Virus record (IMG/VR): IMGVR_UViG_3300046318_000439 | Coordinates: 128,001-192,000 of that record | DNA length: 64,000 nucleotides | Origin: a virus | Lineage: Duplodnaviria; Caudoviricetes | Strand: one strand, 5' to 3' | Part shown: positions 26,808-34,842 of the stretch, one piece after another | How the letters are laid out: each line of letters begins with the position of its first letter | Numbering within the stretch: the first letter of the stretch is position 1 | The notes under the pieces: model-generated | What the model saw: the letters and a program-made list of their open reading frames with translations, nothing else | Databases searched by the model: none | What the model was told of the DNA's origin: nothing | Translations under genes and position numbers: made by a program

Positions 26808-26830
26808 TCTACCGACTGAGCTATATGCCA
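26808..26830 (-). pseudogene. 5' fragment of a tRNA gene
   Basis: TGGCATATAGCTCAGTCGGTAGA is an acceptor 5' strand plus D-arm; no matching 3' half found nearby. Confidence 0.6.
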
Positions 26831-26851
26831 ATATTACTACAACAAATTGTT

Positions 26852-26938
26852 TGGTGCTGACCATAGGATTCGAACCTACGTTGGGATTACTCCGCCTGAT
26901 TACAAGTCAGGTGCCTTCAACCGCTCAGCCAAGTCAGC
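26852..26938 (-). tRNA. tRNA-Thr(UGU) with long variable arm
   Basis: GCTGACT/GGTCAGC acceptor, CCTGA-CTTGTAA-TCAGG, 15-nt variable region, encoded CCA. Confidence 0.85.
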
Positions 26939-26945
26939 ATTATTC

Positions 26946-27023
26946 TGGAGCGGGTGGGGAGATTCGAACTCCTCACTTCAAGTTTGGAAGACTTACGTGC
27001 TAGCCGTTAAACACTACACCCGC
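26946..27023 (-). tRNA. tRNA-Gly(UCC)
   Basis: GCGGGTG/CACCCGC acceptor, TAAGT-CTTCCAA-ACTTG, U73, encoded CCA. Confidence 0.92.
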
Positions 27024-27431
27024 TTTTGGAACTTCTAAATTATATTTGTGTATCTTCGCATGACAGTTTCTGCAAACCACAATACACTTCGAAAGTTCCT
27101 TTTTTATTTTTTCCAATGACGAATCTCTCAACAGTGAAGATATAGTATGTTCTTTTACAGAGGGATCGACGTGATGAAAATCTAAGCAAGCCTCCTCACT
27201 TTCTCCACACATACAACAACATAGAGTTGACTTCCACATACGGAAAGAATCTCGCTTTGCTGTAGCTCGAACAACATTCTCTCTTATTACCTTCTGTCTG
27301 TGTTTTTCGTAATATCTTTTCTTTATTTCTCGATCGCACACTCGACAATAATTTTTCTTGATGCCTTTTGTTTTATTCTTCCAGTTAAATTCTTCAGCTA
27401 ATTTTATTTCTTTACAAACCATACATTTCAT
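27000..27431 (-). mobile_element. HNH homing endonuclease gene
   Basis: CMVC, CRVC, CCMCGE..EACLDFHHVDP...CIVVCRNCH. Confidence 0.88.
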
Positions 27432-27500
27432 ATACTCCTCCTTCCTCTATTTATCGAAGTTTTGCCTTCGAAATCTAATTGAGGTTGGAATATATAAATT

Positions 27501-27529
27501 ATTATACCTATGTAGCGTTTTAACGTCAA
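27501..27529 (-). promoter_or_regulatory. Sigma70-type promoter
   Basis: TTGACG-17 nt-TATAAT, upstream of HNH/tRNA-Gly/tRNA-Thr. Confidence 0.85.
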
Positions 27530-27536
27530 CACCATA

Positions 27537-27653
27537 TGGGTACTCTCTGTGGTGCTTGAACCCACGATAGCCCTACTCTTCCTTGGCATAAAGTATGACT
27601 GGTCGACTTTGCAACTCTATGTTTTATTTCCAAGTGTAGCTACTCAGAGAGTA
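27537..27653 (-). ncRNA. tRNA-like small RNA of unknown function
   Basis: 8-bp TACTCTCT/AGAGAGTA stem, T-arm-like GTGG-GTTCAAGCA-CCAC, 3' CCA; no D or anticodon arm. Confidence 0.55.
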
Positions 27654-27659
27654 TTCATA

Positions 27660-27734
27660 TGGTACACCGTAGGAGAATCGAACTCCTCTTACCTGCGTGA
27701 AAGGCGGGTGTCCTAACCGATAGACGAACGGTGC
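27660..27734 (-). tRNA. tRNA-Glu(UUC)
   Basis: GCACCGT/ACGGTGT acceptor, CTTTCAC loop, TTCGATT, encoded CCA. Confidence 0.92.
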
Positions 27735-27736
27735 AA

Positions 27737-28204
27737 CTATAAATTTTCTACAAAGATAATTTCAACCCCAGCTTCATTAAACATCTGAAGTGATTCTTCT
27801 AGATTGTTGTGTGTTCTATTTAAATCTGGACGAGTTGTGACGACTGTTGTAATTCCCTTTTGGATAATGCCTTTAGCACATTCATTACACGGAAATAGCG
27901 TGCAGTATAACGTTGCACCTTTAATATCCATGTATGCATTATCCAATGCATTGCGCTCAGCGTGTGACACAAACTTATATTTGGTTTCTTTATCTTGATA
28001 GCGTTCTGCAATGTCTTCCACTCCTCGTGGAAAACCATTAAATCCTAAACTTAGGACTTGCTTGCTATCATTGACCACACATGCACCAACTTGCGTCGAA
28101 GGGTCCTTAGACCATTCTGACACGTGCTGAGCAAGCTGATAAAACCGTCTATGCCATTTATTAACCATCTTATCATTATACATATAATTCTCATGAAAGG
28201 TCAA
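27737..28204 (-). CDS. cd: dCMP deaminase
   Basis: SKDPSTQVGA, HAERNA, PCNEC. Confidence 0.93.
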   Translation of the reverse strand: MTFHENYMYNDKMVNKWHRRFYQLAQHVSEWSKDPSTQVGACVVNDSKQVLSLGFNGFPRGVEDIAERYQDKETKYKFVSHAERNALDNAYMDIKGATLYCTLFPCNECAKGIIQKGITTVVTTRPDLNRTHNNLEESLQMFNEAGVEIIFVENL

Positions 28205-28210
28205 CAGTCT

Positions 28211-28618
28211 TTATTTTTTACGGCCTATATTGTATTTGGCTACTAATTCCCACTGATCCTTTTCTTTATAAGAAAGGACCTTGATTTGGGAGAGTGGTGC
28301 TACTGGTGCAGCACTTTTGCTTGAATCAATCAACTCTACAAGTCCCCACTCCGCCATTAAATTAGCGATAGTGTTTCTGCGAGATAAATCATCTTCTGAT
28401 ATATCAGTTGGTTTTCCGTCTAAAGCAAATAACTCTTTAAAATGAACGATGTAGTATCTACCCTGCTTGTGCAAGATATGACATGATTGGTATATTTTTT
28501 GATCTTTTTTGGAAGCGACGCCTATCCGCGTGAGAGTCTCACGAACTTTCAGAAAATCATCTTCATTAACTAATTTTACTTCGACTAAACTATCGAGCTG
28601 TATCATCCTCAACTCCAC
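28211..28618 (-). CDS. regA: Translational repressor RegA
   Basis: FLKVRETLTRIG, CHILHKQGRYYIVHFKELF. Confidence 0.97.
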   Translation of the reverse strand: MELRMIQLDSLVEVKLVNEDDFLKVRETLTRIGVASKKDQKIYQSCHILHKQGRYYIVHFKELFALDGKPTDISEDDLSRRNTIANLMAEWGLVELIDSSKSAAPVAPLSQIKVLSYKEKDQWELVAKYNIGRKK

Positions 28619-28991
28619 TTTGTAATGTTGTTTTTATCATGGATAGTTGTTCATATGACAGCAATGGTAAAACTTGTTTGGCCTTGTCAATACCGTACGA
28701 AAAGTATTCCATTACAAGTTGGAGATCGCTATCTTCCCTTTTTGCCCATTTAGAGAATCTCTTGCCTGGACGAATAGTATTTAGGAGATAGTGGAATTGG
28801 AGTTTATTGTCCAAAATATTATGTATATTCACGTGGTTAGCATACATTATAGTGTCTGGAAAATACGATAAAGCTCGATTGACAACGAACGGCACATAAG
28901 CCTTTTCGGCCAGCTCGTCGTTGTCTGTACCCGTCATTAAGTCTTTCTTAGACAGGTTTATTGCATTTACATACTCAAATGGGTTACTCAT
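28590..28991 (-). CDS. gp62: Clamp loader small subunit
   Basis: YVPFVVNRALSYFPDT, QFHYLLNTIRPGKRFSKW. Confidence 0.93.
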   Translation of the reverse strand: MSNPFEYVNAINLSKKDLMTGTDNDELAEKAYVPFVVNRALSYFPDTIMYANHVNIHNILDNKLQFHYLLNTIRPGKRFSKWAKREDSDLQLVMEYFSYGIDKAKQVLPLLSYEQLSMIKTTLQSGVEDDTAR

Positions 28992-29287
28992 ATCATCCTA
29001 ACAAGACCAATAGTGTCGATTGTAGTTAGCAAAATGTAGTTAGCCAGCATGCCAAACGATTTCCTAGTATAAGCAGCCCAAGCGTACATAGCGCAACCAA
29101 TAATCCAGATAGGATACAGAATGAGCAACGGAGGGTTGGGGACAGTAAGAGCCATGGCGATCGAACAGCCAATAGAAATAGCCCAAGCAAGCAACTCAAT
29201 AATAAAACGAAACTTACCGCTATTCCAGTCATCCTTTATCCATCCAAACGTGTTTAAAAATATGTCATTCATAATCATTAATATCAA
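28988..29287 (-). CDS. Small membrane protein
   Basis: Three to four hydrophobic segments. Confidence 0.6.
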   Translation of the reverse strand: MILMIMNDIFLNTFGWIKDDWNSGKFRFIIELLAWAISIGCSIAMALTVPNPPLLILYPIWIIGCAMYAWAAYTRKSFGMLANYILLTTIDTIGLVRMI

Positions 29288-29504
29288 TATTTGTGTCTAA
29301 AAATATAGGAGTGTACTCTCCAACATACGATCCGACAACGTTATAATCCATGTGCTCAATTGCTTCTTCCTCTGTCATTTCATCACGGACAATAAGAATA
29401 TCCACACACTTGTTGTAATCGTATATGGCAAGCAACTTTGTATGTTGATGGCCAAAGCCAATCAACGCATCTTCAAAACCATCTGCTAATAGTGTATCAG
29501 TCAT
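29265..29504 (-). CDS. Conserved phage hypothetical protein
   Basis: ADGFEDALIG...YDYNKC...MTEEEAIEHMDYNVVGSYVGEYTP. Confidence 0.7.
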   Translation of the reverse strand: MTDTLLADGFEDALIGFGHQHTKLLAIYDYNKCVDILIVRDEMTEEEAIEHMDYNVVGSYVGEYTPIFLDTNIDINDYE

Positions 29505-29793
29505 TCCAATTAAATCCCATAATTTTGTATGCTAGTTTACGATACCAAGGCATTGGTCCACCCTTGATTGTTAACCCATCACTATTGAGGGTTACTCTTG
29601 ATGTTATTGCAATCGCAGGAGGGTCTGCTATGTACACAGTTCCAGTAGGAAAAGGTCCATGCCGTCCAGCGATACCTTGCGCTCTTAACCAGTATTGGTG
29701 AGGAGAACATTGACTGAAATCTAAGTCTAAAGGTATTTGTTCAGTAAGAGGAAAAAAGAATTCAATTTCAGTTTGTTTCACTTGCGCCCCCAT
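29497..29793 (-). CDS. Hypothetical protein
   Basis: EIEFFFPLTEQIPLDLD start; co-oriented. Confidence 0.55.
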   Translation of the reverse strand: MGAQVKQTEIEFFFPLTEQIPLDLDFSQCSPHQYWLRAQGIAGRHGPFPTGTVYIADPPAIAITSRVTLNSDGLTIKGGPMPWYRKLAYKIMGFNWND

Positions 29794-30023
29794 TTAACTC
29801 TGCTCCATACACGTTCATGCATCCAATAAACAAAGGGCTTAATAACCATTTCCGTTGCTCCGATAGCCAAGGAAACTATAAACTTACCAGTAATAACGTA
29901 GGAAATAATAATAGTGGTTAGAGTACCGCAACACCTATAGCTGTATGCTTTAACTAAACTACGGAGGGCAGTTTCACTGCTATTTAAATTCCACTTATCA
30001 ATAAATTTAATAAACCAACTCAT
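29778..30023 (-). CDS. DUF2061-family membrane protein
   Basis: RSLVKAYSYR...YWMHERVWSRVKWG. Confidence 0.8.
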   Translation of the reverse strand: MSWFIKFIDKWNLNSSETALRSLVKAYSYRCCGTLTTIIISYVITGKFIVSLAIGATEMVIKPFVYWMHERVWSRVKWGRK

Positions 30024-30025
30024 GA

Positions 30026-30865
30026 TTATTTCAAACCCATCTCTTTGCGAATTTTTGTAGCAGAAATGTTATGTGTTGCTTCGTCAAATACTTCTTGCTC
30101 AATCGTATATCCTACACCACGACCATAGCCAATATGCACAATGTTAGGTACTACTTGGATTTCGTATTGTCCTTGATAGATAGGATCTAAGTCTCTACGA
30201 ATGAATGCCTTAACTTTTTCTACTTCAAATGGATTACTGCCCTGCCAGCCTTGTACATCGCGTATTTGTATTACCACTTGCCCTGTACGTTGTATTAATC
30301 GGTCAAATAAGGCTCGATGCCCATCATGCCATGGTTGCCAGCGACCTAACATCTGTACTGTTTCTTTTTTCCAATCAAATGTTGGACGACGTCGATTTTC
30401 AATAATATGGTTTCCGATAAACTCAGCCCACTTTTCTGCGTTCTGTTCCGTCACCCTGAAGTCGTATACCTCAGGCTCCACAAAGGCTGCATTGGTATCA
30501 GCATAGCGACCTTCACGAATAGTATCAACCCAGATAGTCCAATCCGCCTTAAAGTTATTACGCATTTCAACTAAGGGAGCAACAAAGTCGCAGATAACAT
30601 AATCTCCGCCTGCCTCCAACGAGAATTGGAACATGCGAATGCTTTGACGGATCCGACCCTCATTACTGAAATCCCAGTCATTAAACTTACGACGGACATC
30701 GTCAGCATTGAACCAAGTTACTTGGGCATTAAGCCCTGTAAGTGGTAGAGATTCAGCACGGTATGAACTGATTGTTCCGTGTGCCTCCAAATACTTCTTA
30801 AGTGCGCTTGCCAACATTGTTTTACCAGCGCCAGGTAAGCCCATAATTAAAATACGTTTACTCAT
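30026..30865 (-). CDS. cysC: Adenylylsulfate kinase-like protein fused to HIGH nucleotidyltransferase-like domain
   Basis: GLPGAGKT, NADDVR, FSNEGRIRQ; C-terminal LGRWQPWHDGH and ISATKIR. Confidence 0.75.
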   Translation of the reverse strand: MSKRILIMGLPGAGKTMLASALKKYLEAHGTISSYRAESLPLTGLNAQVTWFNADDVRRKFNDWDFSNEGRIRQSIRMFQFSLEAGGDYVICDFVAPLVEMRNNFKADWTIWVDTIREGRYADTNAAFVEPEVYDFRVTEQNAEKWAEFIGNHIIENRRRPTFDWKKETVQMLGRWQPWHDGHRALFDRLIQRTGQVVIQIRDVQGWQGSNPFEVEKVKAFIRRDLDPIYQGQYEIQVVPNIVHIGYGRGVGYTIEQEVFDEATHNISATKIRKEMGLK

Positions 30866-30877
30866 CTCTGCATCCCT

Positions 30878-31819
30878 TTACTTAAATTCACATTCAACCA
30901 TTACTTCAGTTAAAAAGGCAACCATGTTAATTTCACTATCCGCTACAAACGCTTGCTTGTATTGGTATTCTGCAATTAACAATACTAACTGTGGGATTGC
31001 AGAAGGCTTAAAATACTCAATAGACGAGTCATAAAACTTTCTAAACAACACTACTGGATCTGTATCTAAATTCTCTCCTACCCACTTACGCACGTGTGTA
31101 AAGTCTTTTGTTTTCAGATAACCAATTAAGTCTTTAATCGACGTATCCTGCACGTTAACAAGAATACCAGAATCAATCGTACCAGTAGCACTGTAACGCT
31201 GAAGTTCATTAAGTGTACGGCGGAAATCAGGGAAATGCTTTTCTACAACAGCAGCAACTACTTTAGGCTCGAATGTAACGCCTTCATCCGTTAAAATGGT
31301 AGTTACACGCTTATAGAAGCCTGCTGCTAGTTTTGGTTTTTCTTTTGTAGGAATCCTAAACTCTATTACACTACAACGACTGTGTAAAGGTTCAATGATA
31401 CGATTCTTAAAGTTGCATGTTAGAATGAATCCACAATTCTTACTAAACTCCTCCATGAAGTTACGTAGAGCTGGTTGTGTAGAGTTTGGATTTAAATAGT
31501 CTGCCTCATCGAGGATCACATACTTACGACCGCCTGTCAAGGAAACGCTAGAAGCAAAGTTTGAAATGTCGTTACGGAGTGTATCAATATTACCATTCAT
31601 ACTACCGTTGATAATAATGTAATCGCATCCTAACTCTTCGAGCATAGCTCTAGCTACAGTCGTTTTACCTGTACCAGCTTTGCCGGATAGAAGTAAATTA
31701 GGAACTAGTTGATCGTTTATAAACTGCTGGAAAGTTTGCTTAAGTTCGGCCGGTAGAATAGTTTCTTCAATAGTCTTCGGACGATACTTCTCTACCCACA
31801 AGAAGTGGTCATTCATCAT
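30878..31819 (-). CDS. gp44: Clamp loader large subunit
   Basis: WVEKYRP, GKAGTGKT, LDEADYL, LHSRC. Confidence 0.97.
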   Translation of the reverse strand: MMNDHFLWVEKYRPKTIEETILPAELKQTFQQFINDQLVPNLLLSGKAGTGKTTVARAMLEELGCDYIIINGSMNGNIDTLRNDISNFASSVSLTGGRKYVILDEADYLNPNSTQPALRNFMEEFSKNCGFILTCNFKNRIIEPLHSRCSVIEFRIPTKEKPKLAAGFYKRVTTILTDEGVTFEPKVVAAVVEKHFPDFRRTLNELQRYSATGTIDSGILVNVQDTSIKDLIGYLKTKDFTHVRKWVGENLDTDPVVLFRKFYDSSIEYFKPSAIPQLVLLIAEYQYKQAFVADSEINMVAFLTEVMVECEFK

Positions 31820-31838
31820 ATAAAACTCCTCAATTAGA

Positions 31839-32024
31839 CTAAGAGTTTATTTGTGCTTTTAGTCTTTCAATTTGCTGACGTAATTCATTAACAACGTCAG
31901 TATCATAATTACTACTAGATATCAACGAGGCAATCGCTTCTTCTAATTCATAGATTTCATCAATTACCTGTTGATTCATTATATCACTCTTTTGATTGTT
32001 TGTCAACTTTTGCAAATCGAGCAC
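31839..32024 (-). CDS. Hypothetical coiled-coil protein
   Basis: Short co-oriented ORF; true start may be internal. Confidence 0.45.
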   Translation of the reverse strand: MLDLQKLTNNQKSDIMNQQVIDEIYELEEAIASLISSSNYDTDVVNELRQQIERLKAQINS

Positions 32025-32154
32025 GCTCTTCTGCTACTTCACAACTGATAGCAAAACGCTTAAACTCTGCTGCTTTAATCGGATCAGCATATCGATTGCT
32101 TGCAAGGATACGCTTTGATGATTTACTTAAATTGAATGTTGCACTTGTTTTCAT
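31984..32154 (-). CDS. Small hypothetical protein (56 aa, not in track)
   Basis: MKTSATFNLSKSSKRILAS...; start overlaps gp45 stop. Confidence 0.6.
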   Translation of the reverse strand: MKTSATFNLSKSSKRILASNRYADPIKAAEFKRFAISCEVAEERARFAKVDKQSKE

Positions 32155-32816
32155 TGTCTAGCCTCAAAAGTTGAATTTGCTTCAGCTACAATCCAGTAAT
32201 CAACATCCTCACCCTTGAAGTGAGAAATACCTTTACTAGAAATAGCTACATCATAATCACCAGTCATAATCTTAATGTTTTCTGATCTAAAAATCATTTT
32301 AAACTTATGTACTGAAGTACCCACCTGTACAGCGAAGTTGTCGCCAGAAGGATTCTTAGAGTCGATGGCCTGTACATATACATCAGTCCCATCTCCAACT
32401 ACAGCAAACTCAGGCATCTTTAAAACGCCCATTGCTTTCTGCACACGATCAAGAGTCACCTGAGTCAGTTTAAACTCAATTTCTGGATCATTTACTTGCG
32501 GTGTCTTATCAGATGCTTGTACAATCATCTTAGGATCAGCGAATGTGTAATTAACACGCTGTTGACCATCTGTGATTGTCATAAACTTCTCTTGCACAGT
32601 TAATGCTGGTTTCTCAAACAAACTCAACACGCTTAGGAACTTGCTTAGGTCATAGATTGCAAACTGACCTTCTACCTCTTCTTTTAACTTAGCATGTGCT
32701 AAGATTGTTTTATTAGGCGACATTGTTTTAAGAACGTCGCCTGGTTTAAACATAATTGAGGGATTGATTGACGCAAAGTTCTTGAGGATAGATAACGTTC
32801 TGCCTTCAAGTTTCAT
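32151..32816 (-). CDS. gp45: Sliding clamp
   Basis: LKNFASINPSI, FAIYDLSKFL, position upstream of gp44. Confidence 0.95.
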   Translation of the reverse strand: MKLEGRTLSILKNFASINPSIMFKPGDVLKTMSPNKTILAHAKLKEEVEGQFAIYDLSKFLSVLSLFEKPALTVQEKFMTITDGQQRVNYTFADPKMIVQASDKTPQVNDPEIEFKLTQVTLDRVQKAMGVLKMPEFAVVGDGTDVYVQAIDSKNPSGDNFAVQVGTSVHKFKMIFRSENIKIMTGDYDVAISSKGISHFKGEDVDYWIVAEANSTFEARQ

Positions 32817-32835
32817 AATATAGATTCTCCGTTAA

Positions 32836-33786
32836 TTACTTCTTTTTACCTAGTTTACCAACATCAGCTGTAGCAGACGCCCCGATTGAAGCAAGGTCAG
32901 CCAAACTACCACCGAATACATAACTACCTACGTGCTGCAATTGCATCCATGGGCAGAACCAAACTCTAGCGCCCATGCGTTGAACATTGTAGCAGAACAT
33001 ATAGTCCTCTGACAAGTAACGATGTGATGAGTGAGCTTCACCTTCAACCATTTGCTTAGCTATCTCTTGCAACTCCGCACCTTTACCATCTGCAACATCT
33101 CGTAGCAATTGGTGTAGATTCTCATAACCATATCCACGATCAATAATACAATCGAAGTATGCCATGATCTCACGTGTGCCATCAAAGTGCTCTGTACGAA
33201 CATGATCTGGCTTATAATGCAAATGAGGATATGCCTTTTCATAATCTTCAAATGTCTTACGACGTACCATCATAAAGCCTGTACCAATCTCCATCACCTC
33301 AACAGGAGCGCCAATTGGAATTTCTTTCTGTGAGCCTTTAGGGTTAAACACATAGTCTCCAACAAACTTCTCAAGCACGTTTGGATCTTTATCTGCAACA
33401 CCTTTATCAACCGCTTGCTTAATTTTTTCCCACGAAATACATTTCTTAGGATATGGGCCACCCATAACATCATATGGACTTTCGTCTGTCATAAGAGCCA
33501 ATAATGCTAACACGTCTTGTGGATTAAATCCAATATCAGAATCGATAAACATTAGATGGGTTGCACCACTGCGCATAAACTCATCCACACAATAGTTACG
33601 AGCACGAGTGATTAACGATTCGTTGAATAGGAAGTATAACTGTAAAGGGATTTGATACTTAGCACAAACTGCAGAGAGGTCTGCAACTGATCTAGTGAAC
33701 ATACCAGCACACTGTCCACCATACATCGGAACTGCTACGAATAGTTTACGTTTTTGCAGTTCTGAAATTTCAACATTAATTTCCAT
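32836..33786 (-). CDS. GT-A fold glycosyltransferase-like conserved protein
   Basis: VPMYGG, ESLITRARN, MFIDSDIGF (DxD), EIGTGFM, LSEDYMFC. Confidence 0.7.
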   Translation of the reverse strand: MEINVEISELQKRKLFVAVPMYGGQCAGMFTRSVADLSAVCAKYQIPLQLYFLFNESLITRARNYCVDEFMRSGATHLMFIDSDIGFNPQDVLALLALMTDESPYDVMGGPYPKKCISWEKIKQAVDKGVADKDPNVLEKFVGDYVFNPKGSQKEIPIGAPVEVMEIGTGFMMVRRKTFEDYEKAYPHLHYKPDHVRTEHFDGTREIMAYFDCIIDRGYGYENLHQLLRDVADGKGAELQEIAKQMVEGEAHSSHRYLSEDYMFCYNVQRMGARVWFCPWMQLQHVGSYVFGGSLADLASIGASATADVGKLGKKK

Positions 33787-34288
33787 TATTTTTCACTCCA
33801 TATTTTTCATCATGTGATTTACCGACACCATAGTCTCCATCATATTTATGTAGTGCTTGAGCATCAAAGCTTAAATATTGACCGATGCGAGTACCTTGTT
33901 TAATCCTCGCTGGACCCACACCGACGTGTAATACACCAGCCATGACACCATGGTACCCGGAATCATAAAGACCAGAAGTAATAAACAACCCATTACGATT
34001 GAGAGTAGAACGAGTGATGACCCAACCTGCCTCTCCCTCACCGACATTAATAATATTCTCCATGACAACCTCATAATCCCCAGGCTGTAATGTATAGTAT
34101 CCCTCAGCATCCGGCTCAAGTGCGGCTTCGGTGCCTCTATGCTTCTTATGATCGTTAGAAATTTCGAATACATCATTCTTAATCGGAAATATCTTACCTA
34201 AACGCAAATCCACAGCATTAGGTTGTACGTCCCCCTCCTGTACGTTTGTTAGTGATGATTTTGAGCCTTCGCCCATAATATGCTTCAT
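33776..34288 (-). CDS. dut: Trimeric dUTPase/dCTP deaminase family
   Basis: VQPNAVDLRL, RSTLNRNG, GLYDSGYHG, RIGQ. Confidence 0.85.
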   Translation of the reverse strand: MKHIMGEGSKSSLTNVQEGDVQPNAVDLRLGKIFPIKNDVFEISNDHKKHRGTEAALEPDAEGYYTLQPGDYEVVMENIINVGEGEAGWVITRSTLNRNGLFITSGLYDSGYHGVMAGVLHVGVGPARIKQGTRIGQYLSFDAQALHKYDGDYGVGKSHDEKYGVKNNGN

Positions 34289-34842
34289 AGCCAATTCCAC
34301 TCCTGTAGTTTTTTATCAAATGCTTTTAATACTTCGTCTGTAAATTCTCGTAGCGTAGACTTATTCTCTAGCACTAGATTACAAACGGAGTTATCAAAAC
34401 CACGTTCCGTAATATGAGTATCGATAATTCCAAGAGGTCTATCAATCTTCACAATTTTTGCTCCTAGGTTCTGAAGATGAATCAATTCATTATCGAAACG
34501 AAGGTCTGTAATCACCCACACTGCATCTTCCGATGCAATTCTTTCATCCACATACTCTACAAACTGATTTACATCATATTTTCGCATCAACATACCGATT
34601 TCACGAACAACACGACGTCCATCTACTGATGTACTGTTGGACACTAGTATAGACCGTTTAAATGCGTCATACTCAGCAATCGTTTTTAGTCCAAATATAT
34701 GCATAATCTCACGTTTAATTGGATCAGCAAATGCAATGCGTCTAAAGGGACGATCAGTTGTAGAATAAGCATCTAGAAGGATATCAGCTACAGTATCCTT
34801 CCCACAACCTTTAGCTCCTGTTAATGCAATTATCTTCGACAT
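34285..34842 (-). CDS. Deoxynucleoside monophosphate kinase
   Basis: GAKGCGKDT, IAFADPIK, VITDLRFDNE, HITE. Confidence 0.9.
   Translation of the reverse strand: MSKIIALTGAKGCGKDTVADILLDAYSTTDRPFRRIAFADPIKREIMHIFGLKTIAEYDAFKRSILVSNSTSVDGRRVVREIGMLMRKYDVNQFVEYVDERIASEDAVWVITDLRFDNELIHLQNLGAKIVKIDRPLGIIDTHITERGFDNSVCNLVLENKSTLREFTDEVLKAFDKKLQEWNWL

Noticed and set aside
26353-26830. Group I intron interrupting a tRNA and carrying the HNH
   Set aside because: No complementary 3' exon and no room or core sequences for a group I ribozyme around the ORF.
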